A stretch of DNA of 61,822 bases, counting the filler, from Choristocarpus tenellus KU-1152 (taxonomy: Eukaryota; Protista; Phaeophyceae), in assembly GCA_964200185.2 (NCBI GenBank). It is 9 parts of 9 records of this genome, joined end to end, with 100 filler letters (N's around TTAATTAATTAA, not from the genome) between each part and the next. Parts side by side here need not be neighbours in the genome. Positions count along the whole stretch, not along the records: positions 58,934 to 61,822 come from CAXNAD020023896.1; 8 more parts are not named here. One strand, written 5' to 3'. The translations under genes were made by a program, and so were the position numbers. Shown here piece by piece: positions 61,802 through 61,822 of this stretch. The notes under the pieces were generated by a model that saw only the letters and a program-made list of their open reading frames with translations, was not told the DNA's origin and searched no databases. The number at the start of each line of letters is the position of its first letter. Position 1 is the first letter of the stretch.

Positions 61802-61822
61802 GACCCAAAGTATCTGGGAGGG

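Noticed and set aside
1-61822. Functional gene cluster linking QNG1, the carrier, CSE1 and others
   Set aside because: The genes lie on different concatenated contigs; adjacency is artificial.

Overview
Eukaryotic nuclear DNA, most likely a brown alga or related stramenopile. This is inferred from intron-rich GT-AG genes, TTAGGG repeats, a flagellar CCDC39 gene and brown-algal-type ankyrin and F5/8-like proteins. The window is not contiguous: nine contigs are joined by eight artificial 100-nt N44-TTAATTAATTAA-N44 linkers, so neighbourhood across linkers is meaningless. Genes rebuilt by hand from splice sites: CCDC39 (5' part) head-to-head with RPS21 (5' part); queuosine-salvage QNG1; an intronless ankyrin gene; an orphan low-complexity gene; a complete 290-aa mitochondrial citrate carrier (18-nt micro-exon, GC-AG intron); three internal exons of exportin-2/CSE1; and a secreted F5/8-like domain gene broken by a 4-bp duplication. 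The rest is transposon-rich: CRE-like RLE non-LTR retrotransposon remnants, two related MITE families sharing an AAAGTATCT TIR core (about 20 copies or ends), a decayed intron-containing DDE transposase, mariner, pogo and Harbinger remnants, and three minisatellites. The most unusual signal is in contig 1. There, short telomeric (TTAGGG)n patches replace internal segments of two MITE copies, as shown by comparison with sibling copies in this window, suggesting telomerase-templated break repair as a local mutational process.
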